Origin: Ophelia neglecta
Lineage: Eukaryota
Direction of reading: 5' to 3'
DNA length: 64,000 nucleotides
Assembly (NCBI GenBank): GCA_965285935.1
Contig: OZ260664.1
Coordinates: 85,870,001-85,934,000, forward strand
This document shows positions 27,001 through 42,281 of this stretch, in pieces; position 1 is the stretch's first letter; each line of letters opens with the position of its first letter. A program made the translations under genes and the position numbers. The notes beneath the pieces were generated by a model. The model had not been told where the DNA came from. It saw only the letters and a program-made list of their open reading frames with translations, and searched no databases.

Positions 27001-28349
27001 ACGGATCCGTCGCTGAACCGATTGGACTATTTAAGGAGCGAATATTGCAGTTGGTTCACAATTCGGTAAAATTCCGTAGAAATATGACAAGTTTCCTCAC
27101 CGTAGAGATTTCAAATTGCACTCTTACTCTAGAAACTTTGGCAGATATAATGAAAAGCATCATGCACAAGCTTCCGCATCTGAGGACTTCATTCCAAATC
27201 CATCCAGAAGGAGGCGCTTCCTTCCTTTTACGAACTGAGGACACTATTAAAGTTCCAGCCGCCAGCGTGACTTCACTGACTAGGCGACAAATTCAAGACA
27301 AGCTTATGTTTCTTGCCAAAGACCTGAACGTATCCACACAAATGCCTTTTAAGTTTCAAGTTCATTTCATCGCTTCCAATAAAAAGAGTGCTTTTGTGGG
27401 AATGATGTTTCACAGCGTGGTGGATGATTGCTATACGATGAATCAAGTCATTTCTCTGCTAGATAATTCTGTCAGACGCATTTCTCAGTCTTTGCCACTT
27501 TTTCTTGACGCGGACAACGCATTTCAAATTCAGGAAATTGTTAAGAGTAGATGCTCTGAAGACTTTTGGCGAGATTGTCTTTCTGGGTCATATGAGCGGG
27601 TAAAATTGCCTTTACGCTTTTTTCAATCGACTGAAAAGAGTGAGTTTTTTGATGGCAGCATGTGCAAAGTTTTGATTGATGGTCTTGACTACCAAACTGT
27701 GTTGGATGCTTCAAGAACAGCCGAAACCAGTTTGAAGCACTATTTGCTGTCCTTGTTTCAGCTATACATTCATCTCTGTTCTGATGCGAAAAAGTTAATT
27801 GTTAAAATGACTATAGATTGTAGGGAAGCATCACCTGATATTCTTGGCAATTTTTCTGGCAACTTGGACAATGAACTGCTCATAATTTCAAGACTTGATT
27901 CTATGTTTGGCACACGACTTGAAACATATGTAAAGCAACAGTGCATACAGATAGAGAAATGTATACAACATGGACTTGTTCCAACCCAATCGATGCTAGA
28001 TATGATCAATTTTGCAGGAAATAAATCGGATGAAATTATTGAATTCGCATTTGAATATCGCGAACTCCTACACTCTAACATGCCATCTGGGCCTGTGGAC
28101 ATGACTGTGACAGTGTCGGATAGTGAACCTTCGCCTACTAGCGAGCAAACTCTGAAGTTGTATGTTGTTGATAAGTCAGATAGAAACCTTGATCTCTTTA
28201 TTTTGTCTGGCCCACGAAACTACTCAGAGTATGGTGTCAAAATGTTTGCCAACGGATTTAAGACATTTGTGCAAACCTGTTCAAGAAATATTCTGTGTAA
28301 ACTCATAGAACTCCGTGTGGCTGTAGAGAGAGCAAATGGGGATCCTTAA
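18066..28349 (+). CDS. Type I iterative polyketide synthase, copy A (KS-AT-DH-psiER-KR-ACP-C-like); exon 5 donor missing as assembled
   Basis: Exons 18066-18274, 19143-19303, 19588-19791 (KS DTACSAG), 20778-20959, 21085-21259 (EAH), 21664-28349 (GTGT; KTNIGHTE; AT GLSVG and VAFHS; DH HRRAGKPLVP and HPAILD; KR GANKGMG and YGAAN; ACP GFNSM; FHSVVDD). About 2538 aa if spliced like copy B. The first five exon sizes (209/161/204/182/175) are identical to copy B. Confidence 0.92.
20398..20432. repeat. (ATT)n microsatellite in PKS-A intron 3
   Basis: Imperfect run of TAT/ATT triplets. Confidence 0.8.
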
Positions 28350-30114
28350 TCTGGCTACCAACATTGTTATTATTAACTTGAAGGCTGCAATAACATTGGT
28401 GCAGCGATTCTCTTTAGGTAGACGAAGTATCACATGTTTATAATGAAATATGCCCTTTTCAGACTGCGATGGCATCAAATGACACTGTTCAAATTAATAG
28501 ACTGGGTATCACCAATTGTACTGTGAACCAAGAGGACCATATAAGCACAAATCGTTTTGACTTTAGTTCCCTTTATTATAATGTACGGTATATTGTGTTA
28601 ATAATACCGAGCTGTATGGTAACTATAAAGTTTCTTTTTTTGTCAGAAACAAGTAGTATGGAGGGTAAAAATAACTTCCGGAGTTTAGTTTTTAGAAGCC
28701 GCTCCTATCGTTTTCTATTAGTTATGTATTATTATTTTCTGCCCGAAAAGCAACTATATATTTTTTGTTATAGATTTATTTAACAATGGTTATAAACGTA
28801 TTTTTCAATTCTGTAGTAGAAAATCAGCGTGACATGCTCTTCGTGCCAGTCATTTTGTCTGTGACCATTCCAGAACCGAAACAGATGATTTTCCTCTACT
28901 TATGATATTTCTAGAAATAGGTTAAATAAAATGTAACAAAAACTACACGCTTTTAGTTCTTTTATGTAAAAGAAACTTAATGTTATATTTGAACAACAGA
29001 AGCTACTTTAATGACCTTTAATGACATCAAATATATTTCATTATTCATGCTAACCAGGGACTCTTAAATAAAGAAGTAAGGCGGTCATAATGTTTAAAAT
29101 TAAAGCGTTTTGTTTGATATTCTTAATAAATAGTATGTTATTATTAGCGCATCGCATGCTAACCGAACAAATGCCATGAACCGTATTGAGTGCGTAAAGT
29201 ATATTATTATACGGCATAGTACAAGTATAATAATGTGTATCCGCGTTGATTATGATGACATCTGTTCCACAATATTGTAATTGAAAAATATTAGGGCAAT
29301 AATCTTAAATCTCGTTGCTAGTTTTATTTGCCGTAGCTGAGGCACTTATTTTAATTGATTAGTTATGAGAGTAATTTATCCAGCAGAGTTTGTTACAATT
29401 TCCTAGCGGTACCCCGCATCTACCACAGCTTATCAGAACCATTACAGTTCTGACAGTTTTAGCAATTTCGTTTAAATTCTTGTCAATGAACAAGCAGGAG
29501 CACCTCCAGACGCAGCGCTGGAACGTGTAAAATATATATTCGACAATAGTGGTGTGGGACACATGTGATTGACTATTAGTTTATGTCTAAAAAAGGCCAA
29601 TTTATCCGAAGTTTGAAAGGGAAGTCTAATTTTCAGCCACTCTAAATTCGCTTTTTAACGAATGACTAAGACAAGTTTAGTTCCGAGCAATAAAGGAAAT
29701 AGAAAACGTGCATCAAGATATTTGTGACTCTTGTGATTAACTGGAAACAACAGAACATATTTTGATAACATTAATGAAGGAGCGGCGATTATTAAGTAAA
29801 CTGTAAAATGAGCGTTCCCCGCTGACAATTGTTCTCTCTAAAATATATGGATAGAAATCTTTCTCCTCGTAGGATCATTCCACTTGATTTCCTTCAGTAG
29901 CGGTGCTAACATGTTTGTGTCCTCCGTCAGACTATATCGGCAACCGACACAATATATTACAAGAAAATCTCAGCTGACATGGGTGAATACATGTTTACAA
30001 AGTGTCTTTCTTTAAACCCTGTATGTCTAGTTGTCACACAACAACGAGCTCAGTTTTTAACATGTTTCAGATAATCAAACCATTTTCCGTCAGTTCCTGA
30101 AGAAAATTAAACTA

Positions 30115-33100
30115 TTAAGTAGTTTTCTTTATCAATCTAAGTTGAATGTATGCAAGGAAAAGCATAGACGTTGATATTGCAATCAATGCTAATTCATTCT
30201 TCCACAAACTCCAATTCGTCCCGTATTCTATTTCTTGATATTGCAAAAACTTATTTCCTGCGTCAGGATGGCTGAAAATAAAGTCAATATGACAGTACAT
30301 CAAATGAGCAAGTGATTAATCAACCTATTGAACAACACGGATCGTATAAAATGACGTGAACTCAATGTGAAGTTAATAATCAGGAATGAAATAAAGTTAC
30401 CAAATTGTCCTCGCAAAGAGATGAAGAATGTCAGAAACAAAAATATATAGTAGCAATACTCGTGTCGATATAAAATATACAATCACATACTTTGTCATCA
30501 TATCAGTGAAATGTATATTTGACCCTCTTTTGAATCTGTAACAACCACCCCCCCTCTCCTCCACCCCCAACCCCTTGAGATGGTACATGGCCGCCACGGG
30601 CACTTTGTAGCACATATGGACCTTAATAGTTATGTACCATACCTGACACTTACCAAGTTTTTGTTTCGTTGGTATTGTCACAAAACATCGTGTTTTCCAT
30701 TTCATTGACAAGAAGGGCCTACATAAAACAATGATTGTGTATCAAATTGCTGGACATTTTTTATAAAATCCATCTTTTTCTGACAAGATGCCATTCGTCC
30801 GGAACACAATGTATTGTTGTGCACATGACAACCAAATACGTCATCTTAAGCATAGACGAATCAGTATATTTATTCTAAGCGGTTTTGCAGCTAAAGTTGA
30901 AAATCGGTTTGTGTTCCTCGTTCAAGGTAGGACATTTTCAGAACTGCTGAATATGCTGTGATTTTATCGTAAAATGTGTTGAACAAAAACGCAACGGGGA
31001 ATATATATAACCAGTGAGATTTGAAAAGTAAATGTGTATACAATGCTTAAATATGAAACTTACGCTCATGCTGTATCTGAAGATACTCAAGTAAGAAACC
31101 CATCTTATCCACCAACCAACCGTTGATAGTTTGACGAGAAAACCACTAAAAACCTAAAAGAAGATAGAGATAAATGGAATTATTTGTATTATTCTGTATT
31201 GACCAGGTGTAAAATATATTTTTCTGTGAGTCAACACATGTGTTCCTTTACTTTTAAACCAAATTAATATTTATAAAAATAACATGTTTTCTTACCATCA
31301 TGAAGATAAATATAAGTGCGACAATTAGATTTGCCACAGCAAACCCTTGGATGCTAGCGCTGACGCAAAAACTAACAGATAGCGATCCAAGTGTTGTCAA
31401 AAAGAGGGTCAGAAGGAAGATAAAAAACTTAACTGTTGTCTTTTGTAAACCTAGAAATACGTCAAGTATAATTAACTACAGAGAAATACGTTGGCAGCAC
31501 CGGGAATGTACGTATTTATATGCGTCCTCCGGTTTAGCATAAACGTCTCTAGCGCTAAGTAATTTAATAGTATAACAAATAATAATGCACATTTCGTGAC
31601 TTGCGTAGGACTAGTACCATATACATATACACTGCGCTATAGGACAAATAAAATGGAGTAATACGCCCTGTAAAAGAACTAAAATAGGAATATGCGGTCA
31701 TAGAGGCACCGAGATACGCCCGTTTATTCCTGTATATCACAGTATGTCCAATATCCGTCATTATACGGTACTGGTTTTAGCAAGGGTTTGTAATTAAATT
31801 GCATTGCCATATACAATTAAATATTACCTATCATGAAGTAAGAGATAACAGAAAACAGTATAACTGGCTGTAGACGCATCGGTATGATATCGCACATTAC
31901 TTTTGACAGGAAATATGCAAAACTTCCATAAAAGCCAGCAGAATGTTCATGCCTAAATGAAAGAAATACAGAGATGTAATGATCCATACGTTAACTTTGT
32001 TAAATTTAATGAGTAGGGTCGATATGAATTTGATGATTACATCATATATTAACAAGACACTCACATAAATATAGCACGTTCGCGAATAAAAACTTCAACT
32101 GCTGACAAGTTTTGGAAAATAAGGTTCATAACGATGAAGAATACCACACCAGCCCTTTAAAGAAAAGATGAAATTAATGATGTAGATTGCGTTCTTGCAT
32201 TGGAGATGTTTGGGTATAGTTAGAATCCTAGCCATCTAGTGTTATCATCCTAAGTTATGGTCGTGGATTGAAGTTGGCTTCAAAGTGGCTTTGCTCACCT
32301 CTCATTATATTTGACTGACGAATATATTGAATTGTTGAGTATTACATGCTGAATGTGTTACGTTGTGTTTTTTTTCAAACCACTGACCATACGACGTACG
32401 TATGTTAGGTGTACACTGAAACCTTGACAGACTAGTGAATAAGCAATGTTTGAGACTGTTGTTGTTATTATTCTATGACGAATTAATTTTATTATTGTTA
32501 TTAGCTATAAGTTTGGGGCATCGGGATTATTTTCACTCACTGCATACTACAACAATTCAACTTATATTGCTTGTAACGTATTGCAAATACACGTCTAGAG
32601 CTTTCATATAAGATATTGTCAGGTGCTAAATTCACCGATAGGTTTTTTCACATACATGAAGACCTCACCTATTTGGAATTCCTCGATCGATGGAATCATC
32701 CAATTGAAAGTAGATTCCCCCCGTCAATAAGCCAAACACAACAACAACACATATCTGGAAACAAATGATATATACAACACTTTCAAGTTGATGTTAAAGA
32801 ATATGACTGGTATAAGTAACAAGAAATATGAAAATTCACCTTTCATGCCTCTAGGAACAGTTACTACAAATGTCACTTTAGCCATGTTGTTGTTCGCTTG
32901 AGCATGCCTAAGACTTGATTACCTTTTGAAATAGTATTAACTTGGCCACCAACTCGCATATAATGAAGATTTGTGTTTGACGGCCTGTTACAGCACGAAA
33001 GGAATTGTATTTCAGCTAAATCCGGAAAACCAAATAGCAGTAATGACGCATTTATGCCATGTCCGTCCGTCCGTCCCATTTGTCCGGAGGATTAAAGAAG

Positions 33101-36100
33101 TATCGTTTATGATGTGGTTATAAACTTGGCGTGCCTCTTCAGGGCGCCAACAGCTCGGATGGTATATTTAAACTTAATCCAGAAAAATAACAGATGACCT
33201 TCATGAAGCAATATGCGCCTTTCTGCAACTTGTGTGGTGTATTTAACAAAAACCGTTTGACATATGGTTATCTTACTCAACATGCATTTAATATTATTCG
33301 ACGGCTCAAATGGTATTTTGTTTCAGCATAATAAGAAAAGAAAAAACAAGTGTCATGACCAAAGAAGCTCGTTTCCATTCCTTCTCAAATCTTTTGTCTG
33401 AAGACTGCTATAATTATTGTAATTTAATGCAAGAAACTCTGTTGGCGAGGAGGAGTTTGACGTCATCGACGAATCTTGGTATCTTATTATGTATAAACAA
33501 GTAACCCACCCAGAAAATATCAAATGGATTAATAATTATTAAAGGCCATCCTGATAGATTCGTAGCCAATTATGAATAAATGCTTTTAACATTTCATGTA
33601 TTAACTATACATCGTCAAGGCCTTAAGGACGTTTAGCGATGAATGGCTGTCTGTACATAGTACACATTGACTGTTTGCAATGCACACAAAGCAATTGAAA
33701 AACTGTGTTTGATTATAGTTAAATGTGTTTTAAATTATTCACATTTATCAGAAATAAGGCACATAGTTACTATTGTTGTTACCAACTATTGTGCTGCTTC
33801 TTGCCATTATATGTCTTGAATATCCCATTGACTGTTACTTAGCGTGTCATGGCAATGTAATCACAGTGGGTGCCTGTGTATATATACAGGTTTGATTAAC
33901 CAATACATCATTTTTTTTTCATCTGAAAGGACTCTCAGTAGTAGATATATTATGTTATCAAAATCGAAATAATTTGAGATAAATAAGGGTCAACAATCAA
34001 ATAAAAGGATTTTTAGTTCTAAATTTTCCCTTGGTCATTGACGAAGCAATTGACGCTATAAAAGAGAGGCTGGTTATGTTCAAATAATGATTGAACACGC
34101 TTAGCCCTTGATATGACCCCAGCTTGGCTACACAAATCTTGTATTCCCCAAATCGGAAAACCAACGCTGGACACCAATTGTGGTAGGAACATTGTCAGGT
34201 CATTTGTGTATTCACAAAAGAATCTTTTTCTACTGTTACACTTACCTGTGTGAAATAGGTTGCAGGATTTCGAAACGTGTTCAGTAAATTTCGTTTTGAA
34301 ATATACTTCACCTGAAGTCACATGTAAAATGCATGAGGCAGTTAACGCCGAATTTGTAATGGCAGCTAATAGGTAAAAGAAACGGGTAATCAAGATTATG
34401 TTGATTATAATTTTCAATATCCTATCGGGATGTTAATTTTTAACAATGGTTATATAGCTGTAAATAAAAAATGCAATTACTTGTGTGCAGAATGACGCAT
34501 GATTCCGACTGATATGGAATTTCACCTGCTCCGATTTCATAAAATTATCATATATAAGGTCCAATTCGTCCTTTTGACTATAATACGAATAGAAACATTA
34601 TTCGGGGTAACACTCCTTGTAAATGTCAAAACGAACAAATACATAGATACTGTAAATATACGCATACAAAAAAATTTGCTGACCTGATACACATCGGGGA
34701 AATTTTGAATTTGAGTTCCAGCGTCCTGGCCATTGAGGTATGTTCTTTATTGGTATTCTGTTGTGGTTCGTCGCTTTTCTTTAATATAACGGCAGGACTA
34801 ACTTCTGCTTGTACCGTTAATACTCCAGCTAAAGGTTCGGCAGAACCTTCACGAGGTGGTTCTGGTGACGAAAAAAATGTTATTTGGATGCAGAATCTGA
34901 TTCCTGTTAAAAAGGTATTACATTTATTCATATTATTAAATTAGAGATGCAGTAAAACACTCTGCGGCAAACAGTTTCTTTATCACCCACCGTCTGGGTT
35001 CCTTAGCTAGGCACGGATCATGTTGATTTCGGGTTAAGAGTGATCCAACATACAATGTTTAATTTCTTCCATAAGTTATTTCTTTTTTGAATAATGTCCC
35101 TAAGATTTAACAATGAACCAACCACGTGATGTTAATTGACCCGTCTTATAAATTTGCAAACGTGTTACTGTTAGTTGTTGACCACTGCCCATTCCCATAA
35201 TTAACCACATATTATGGATTAAATTAGCAGCAAATCATGTGTTTGTTTATTATTACTGGTTTAACTAACTTCATTCCAAGTTCCTTTAATCGTCATAGTT
35301 TGCAATAATGTTGTTCACATATAACTACTACAACTAAGTACTTAGTATATCTGCCTTTCAGTTTCTGACAGAAAAAAGGACGTGGATTGATCATGATGCC
35401 CCCACAGTGATCCGTAAATGGAGTAATCTCATTCATTTAAATGGTTTCAAACCCCGCACCAATGGAACAAAACGTTTCAAAACGACCGACAATCTCAAAC
35501 CTTTGCAATCTATTAATTAGAATTGATAAATAGAATTTGATCTAAATGGTCTTAATTCGTCTTGAACTCACACATATCCCTCCCATTTAACTAGAAAAAA
35601 TCTATATATCAAAAGCAATTACTATCTCAAATCTCTGCAATCTATCAATCGGAATTGATCGATAAAATTTAACCTACATGGTGTTAATTCGTCTGGAACC
35701 CACACATATCCCTTCCATTTAACTAGAAAAAAAAATCTATATCAAATGCAATGAGTGAAGTTATCCACAAGGTGATTCAACCCATCGAACAACAAGTGAA
35801 GACTTAAGGTACGAGGTGGAGTCCACATGTTCTTGACGAGTCTATGGACGACTTGACTCTCTTAGTAACAAGTAACTGTCCTACATGTTGCAATTCCAGT
35901 GATTATCATAGGTGAGCTGTATTGTCCTGATATTTGCTTGGCATGATCACATAATTTGTAATCAATATGCCCTGAGTTGTCGGCATTTCAGGGATAATAG
36001 TTAAATAGTATATGCTTACTATGATGTGGCCATGGAGATATAGGGACCTATATAGTGGGTTGTATACGTCCCCGCATGCCGCAAATGTCATTAATTTATC

Positions 36101-38545
36101 TAAATCTATATGTAACAAACCGGCTAGATGTGGGTCACTGCATAACTACAAAACTCATTAATTTTATGTACTTGTCAATCACCTGTTAACACGGCGGCTG
36201 AGTCTGCATTAATGATGTCAAGAAAGAAATCTGCCGGGTTATTGTGTTCCTCACAGTGAAACCCTACGAAAATAAAACAAGAATTTTACCTAGTATATAT
36301 CATTTGTAAAAGAAATTTAAACCAATACAATACATCGCAAACACTATCCTCTCCTAGCTATTCCCAATTTTTGCTTAGAATATTAATACTACTACTATGC
36401 AAACAGTCCTTCCTTGTCATTTACTGTACAACAGACATTATGCACATGCAGTGTTATTCGTCATATATATTTAATTTGAGAATCAAGTAATGGGAGGGTA
36501 TGTATCCCATCAGGGTTCCAATCCTCATTGGTCTAAAGATATACATATTAAAATGTAATAAATCATTCTATCTATTTCTTTAAAATTTTACTTCAATATG
36601 TGAAAAAAGTCCGTGTAAATTTGTAATTATATGTATTTTCAATGAACCAATAAACAATTTTGATTAATAATTATAATGGTTATCACCAAAGGGTTTTCTG
36701 TCATAATATAAATGATAGATGACCACAGTGGTTTGGGAAAGTATCCGTTTCAAAACAAGCAACAACGGACTAATACAAATAAATTGCGTAGAATATCATT
36801 AACAAAAATTGATCTGAAGACACACTAAGACGAATGAGTGTAAAAAATGTATGTGAAGAATAAGCATATAACAAATTTAAGAGTTTTAATGACAGTAAAT
36901 AGGCATATCCACCACTTGGGCTTATTGATCTGCCTACTTTACTTACCAATGGCGAATAGGTGGAAAAGACATAGACAAAATAAATAGGGTAATGTATTTC
37001 TGCAGATTTAACACCATTATGGTCGATTCGAAAGCGATTTCCAATACACACGGGGTATCCCAGATAAAATTGCTGTATTAATTTCAAAAAAGCTAATGAA
37101 TGTAATTTCTATACATCTTTTGGTATTTGAACCTAAATATAAGAAGCATATTTGAAACATATTAGATTAATTGCTTTCTAAACTTGACTTTTTCAACTGT
37201 TGAAACAATGGCCACTTAACTTGGATTGAGTGGTAGCTCATGTTAATTGTAATAGGATTGTTATATGTATGTTTCGCTTTAGACTGCAGTGCCAGCTATG
37301 TGAAGGGCAGAATTAAAGTAGTAAGGAATCGTCGGAGAACATGTCACCATAACACTACATCGCACAACAACTTAGGTTTTACTAGGACAAGATTTTGTAT
37401 ACAGCCTGCACAAAATCCTTATCAAACATCAAAGAGTAATAAATCATTGTCCTATATCGCCATGTGTGCAAATACACAAGTTGTTCTTCCCGTCAACAAC
37501 GGATGTCGTACTACATCTCAAGTGACTCAGATACAACTTCCATAGCTATTGAGATTTTCGCTCGAGGGATCAGACAGTGGTATGAGAGTTAGCAATTTTA
37601 GTCGAGAACGAAATCTATTGCTGCGCTTATACGCGCGAACATTCGTCTTTAAGAAGCAACGGCACAATTATCCAAAACCATTGTATGTCATAAAGCAACC
37701 GATATATTATTAATACTAGCTCAAATCTGGGAAAAATATGAAAAGAAATCAAACATACCGATGTTTTCAAAGTACTCGATGCTTCGATTTCCAGGTCCAT
37801 GATATAATAATCTTCCCAGGGACAACAGTGTGATTTGATCAAATAATTTGAATATTGAATAACGGGGTTGGTGAATGGACAAGATAATGGTATGCCCGTG
37901 GTTGGCTAGGCTGAAAATATGCACAAAACTGTCCTTAGCTTAGTTGTGTTTTGTAATTTACTCCGAAAACTATATTAAATATGTGCTCAGGAATATACTG
38001 TTCTCTTCACACTATTATATTAAGAAAAACATTGGCGTAAAAGAAGTGTATGCATACTTGTCCTTCTTTATTCAAATTTTGTTACATCATATACATATAT
38101 TATTTAACCGGCTTTCGTCATCTACGCGGTAAAACAGTTGATATTTTAGACATTGGCAGGAAGGGTGGATATCGAAATAAGATTTATTCAGCTGGGACTA
38201 ATTGAATCTATTATATCTATCGATGCTAAAATGTTTATATGCGCTACTTGGTACATTGATATTAGATAGAAATGGAAAATATACACTGCGGGAACACGTA
38301 CGTTTTGAGAGTGTGCATTATAGCGTTGGCTGTGCTGGCATCAAGACCGGTGGTAGGTTCGTCAAGGAATATCACCTTTGGAGAAATTACAAGTTCCATG
38401 CCGATGTTCGTTCGTTTTCTCTCTCCTCCAGAAACTCCCCGGATGTAAATAGTCCCCACCTGACATACAAAATATATACATCTGTCGATAAATATTTTTT
38501 CTGTATGACATTGTGTACAAAAAAAATGAAATACACATAATCCAT

Positions 38546-38630
<85 letters not shown>

Positions 38631-41600
38631 AATTGACACCGGCGAAGATGAAGATAAGTCAGGCAAAACGTTATAGTAGTAATGTTTTTGTAAGCGGTCG
38701 CCGCAAAATTGCGACTACTACGCGGTCACTCGGCCGCCAAACCGACACCCTAGTCTCGCCGTTTTACGCGTAACGCGATACAGGTCGCAATTTTGCGGCG
38801 ATCGCTGTCAAACTTTTGCGGCCCGTGTATGTCCCAGCTCTGACGAACCCTATTGTTTTTGGTGTGTGCAGCTACCGGAAGTCAGCTTTTAGGGCTGAAA
38901 AACGTCTTTTTCGGGAAAACGCTGCCGTATCGTAGCGGAAATTGCTATTGACTTCCGGTTAGCGTCAACATGTCCTCTTTTCCATTGCCGATCCCGCTGT
39001 TGCCGAGCGGCACACTCGCACCGCTGAAAATTTTGCGCTATGACGTCATGAAGTTACGTATTTTAGCCTGTTTTTTCAAACCGGAAGTAGAATTCTGAAA
39101 TTTTTCAGGCATGTTGCCCCGACCACTAGTAGTCCTTGTGCCAAGTTTCAGATTTTTTGGTTCACGGGCGCCGTCTACAGAGCGTCCCAAAAGCGTTGCC
39201 GCGCGTTCGACAGCGAAACTTCCGCTAGGCGCCAAATCGCGATGATGCGTCGCACATGAAATTTTCCAGCGGCAATCGATAGACATTCTCAAAGTAGGTG
39301 TCCGCTCTTGTGCCCGGAAAAATTTCGTCCGTTAAGCTCTCAGATGCATAGTTTTCGAGATAACCGCCAAATCTCGTTTCAAGTCTCGTCGGCCATATCT
39401 CCCTTACCCGGGCACTTAGAGACTTCAATTTTTTTTTAAACTGCTTCAAATTTTGCCAATTTTTTTTTTTTTTTTTTCATATAGCAACTTATCGCTGAAA
39501 GAAAAAAGTCCTTTTGAGATTGTAGCAAATGTGGATGCCAATAGTGCCTCTCTATGGGGAACGTGCCGTCAGAATTTCGATTTGGGCCTTAGTTTTTGGA
39601 GATATCGCCGAATCTCGCCGTAAGCCACGTTTTGCTCTTGCGGCGTGACTATATGTCGTAGCCAGACGAAACTAACACCAAACGAACCGCAATGTCGCCA
39701 GTGGCAACATATATTGGAACCAGGTCGCTGCGCATGCGCGATTTTCCAGGAAAAGTCAAAACGTGTTTTAAAATTTGCCTATTTTTGTAAAATCGGGAAC
39801 GGGTGTTTCCAGGAGATTTTCGGAGATTTCTTACTCACATCTTTATCTCTTTTTTTTTACCCCTTTTTCGTCTATAATCCTGCGCATGGGTGCTTACGCC
39901 GAAGTCTACGACTGCTTGTTCTATATGCTGTGTCTCCTACACGCTGGATCGGTCCAATACCGAGAAGAGAAGTGTATTGTTGTGATAAAGTCTGTAGTGC
40001 GTACATTACCTTGGTATCGGCACAATGCGTCAATCCCATATCAAGAAGAATAGTGTCTACCAATCTATCTTTAACCTCTTTTGATAAATCTGTTCCTAGT
40101 CTCAGATTAGCAGAAAATGCTATATTTTCCTTTACTGTCAGAGTGCCATACACTGCATCTTCCTGTTGGCGAGAAGCAGTATGTAACATGAATAAATTTA
40201 CTGGTTGCGATCAGATGATTTTATACTCAGAAGTGACTGCAAAGTCGTTTCGCACCTGAACAACATATCCGATGCTTCTCCGAAAATTTTCTGGACGGCT
40301 TTTTCCATTTACCAAAACGAGGCCTGCTTGTCCATTTGGGTCCTTTCTGCCGGCAATTATGTCCAGGAGTCTAGTCAATTAAAGACTCATCAGTGAAAAG
40401 TAGTACGATTTGAATTTATTCAAAATGTATAATGACTAACAAGTTTAGACCAGCGAAATATTAATATCACTTACGACGTCTTTCCACATCCGGTTGGTCC
40501 AAGAATCGCATTCAAACCACTGGGATACTTGCAGCTGTACACAATATTGAAAGAAAGTCATGTTAATGAATCACCGCAAGTAAATTAGTTTGTACTTGAT
40601 AATACCTGACAAAATATATGTGGGTGTGAGAGACTTGGACGAAACGTGGATGAGTTGTTTGTGTATTAGAATACAAATAATAATTTTGACAATGGACATA
40701 ATGGGTATGGGTAACCTGGTTTTGTAGTAAAGCATGCTTATGATTGACATAACTTGAATAATACTTCAATGTGGCAGACTTCGTACAAATGTAGGCGACT
40801 TGGTTACATCATAATAATAGCTACAGTGTATGATAATTGGCTTAAAACGGAGTGTGAGAAACGTGGTACTGGTATTCCTTTTACTTAAAATACTTGATAA
40901 TAGTTGTGACTAAATATGTGGCTGTGGTGGACTTGGATGTTGAAATGTGTGTGAATGGTTTTTGTACTTAAATACCTATGACAGTTAATATAAAAAATAT
41001 AATATCTAATAAGTCTATGTTCTTGAGTCAAAAGTTGTCATAAGTCATATAAAACTATACTTAGAAATTCTTCCAATTATCAGAAGCTTTTTTTGATATT
41101 AGCCAAACATGAGGCAACGACATAGCACACGGACCTGTTGTCAAAATGTGATATCTTTGGCTAGATTTAGTACAATACAAGACAAGACAATTCCGGCAAT
41201 ACAGGTAGACGGGTCCGATTAATGCACTATTTGTTAATTATATTGCTTTGCCTGCCGGGTATCCACCCCCTTTTTGTATGGACTGAAGAGCATACGCCAC
41301 TCCCTTCCGTTTAAATGTATGATCAACCTTTATAAGGGGAAAACATACCGTCGTTATAGGAGGAAAATTTATTTGAATGTTGAACATGCAATTTAAAGCA
41401 GCACTCTGACATTCACACCAATTACTCTTACTGATCATTGAGCCATTATCTGACTACTAACAATTGCTAATGTTGCAGGGTTCTTAACGGATTAACTGCA
41501 TGTAAATGAGCTTGGTAATGGGTAATGCATTGTTAAAAGTACAAGTAACAATTAATCCCTGAGATTTAAATCCATGCCATGAACTGCTTTTTTTAAGTTG

Positions 41601-42281
41601 GCGGATTCAAGGTAATTAGCGAGATAATCCTGATGTTATTCTATGTGCATTATATCCTCTGAACTCAGTTAGGTTTATATGATTCTTTGATGGAGTTTGT
41701 GGATCGAATAAACAACACATGATTTGTTTTCCTAACATTCGTAATATTTTTCTGGATAGACAGAGACAGGAGCTAAGTATTTGATTTATTGTTCTCATAT
41801 ATCTTCGAAATAGGAGAAAGTGAAATCATAACGTATGTTGGGTGGGAATCTGCTTAGTGTAGATGCAGTCTGGTAAAACTCAATGTTCTTTAACAATTTG
41901 CCATCACATCAAGCATTACAAGGTCAAGCTCGAAACATCCAACCTGTTAGTTCGGGACCTTTTACTGAGTATCTTTTATTTCATTTATGTAATAATTTGA
42001 ATGATAGGAAATTATCATTATCATAACAATTACTCCTTAGTTATACAGTTTAGGCAATATCCACGGTATAGTGTGAAGTGAAGACGAGTTCGTTCACCTC
42101 CCTTAATATTAAGCCTCTACTATGTAGTAATTCACATTATACTGAAAATGTATGATAAATGCTTGACAAACCTAATATTTGCCAGTATATCCTTCCGTGG
42201 GGTCTTTCCGACAATTGCATATGACACATTATGTAAAGTGACTTCAGCTCCGATCGTGTCCATGTCTTTTGGCCCTGACAT
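30115..42281 (-). CDS. ABCG2-like (White/BCRP family) ABC half transporter, copy B, apparently intact, about 645 aa
   Basis: Exons: 42281-42172 (MSGPKDMDTIGAEVTLHNVSY), 40534-40475 (GPTGCGKTS), 40370-40256, 40162-40010, 38459-38302 (VSGGERKR, FLDEPTTGLD), 37910-37759 (SIHQPRY), 36263-36183 (NPADFF), 34861-34684, 34577-34481, 34311-34246, 32754-32669, 32154-32065, 31952-31828, 31450-31296, 31153-31064, 30718-30654, 30271-30115. All introns are GT-AG, phases are consistent, and the total is 1938 nt. An acceptor just upstream of the ATG implies a further 5' exon. Confidence 0.93.
35495..35752. repeat. Two-copy tandem duplication of a ~130-bp unit in an ABCG-B intron
   Basis: TGCAATCTAT...CACACATATCCCT.CCATTTAACTAGAAAAAA...ATCAAA.GCAAT occurs twice in tandem. 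Confidence 0.8.
38549..38627. repeat. (GA)n microsatellite
   Basis: About 39 perfect GA units; this is the source of the SLSLSL run in the 38262-38666 ORF. Confidence 0.98.
38640..39800. mobile_element. CpG-rich interspersed element, probably a non-autonomous DNA transposon, in ABCG-B intron 4
   Basis: Abrupt GC/CpG-rich block in an AT-rich intron, with a 22-bp inverted repeat (38694-38715 and 38784-38805) and no credible ORF. Confidence 0.5.

Noticed and set aside
18066-28349. Cytosolic fatty acid synthase (FASN)
   Set aside because: There is no recognisable ER nucleotide-binding motif and no thioesterase, and the C-terminus is condensation-like.
33030-33250. Possible DINE-1/HINE-like fragment (GTCC repeats)
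   Set aside because: Only a short (GTCC)n run supports it, and the termini cannot be defined.
38262-38666. 134-aa ORF with an SL repeat
   Set aside because: It is a chimera of the (GA)n microsatellite and ABCG-B exon 5.
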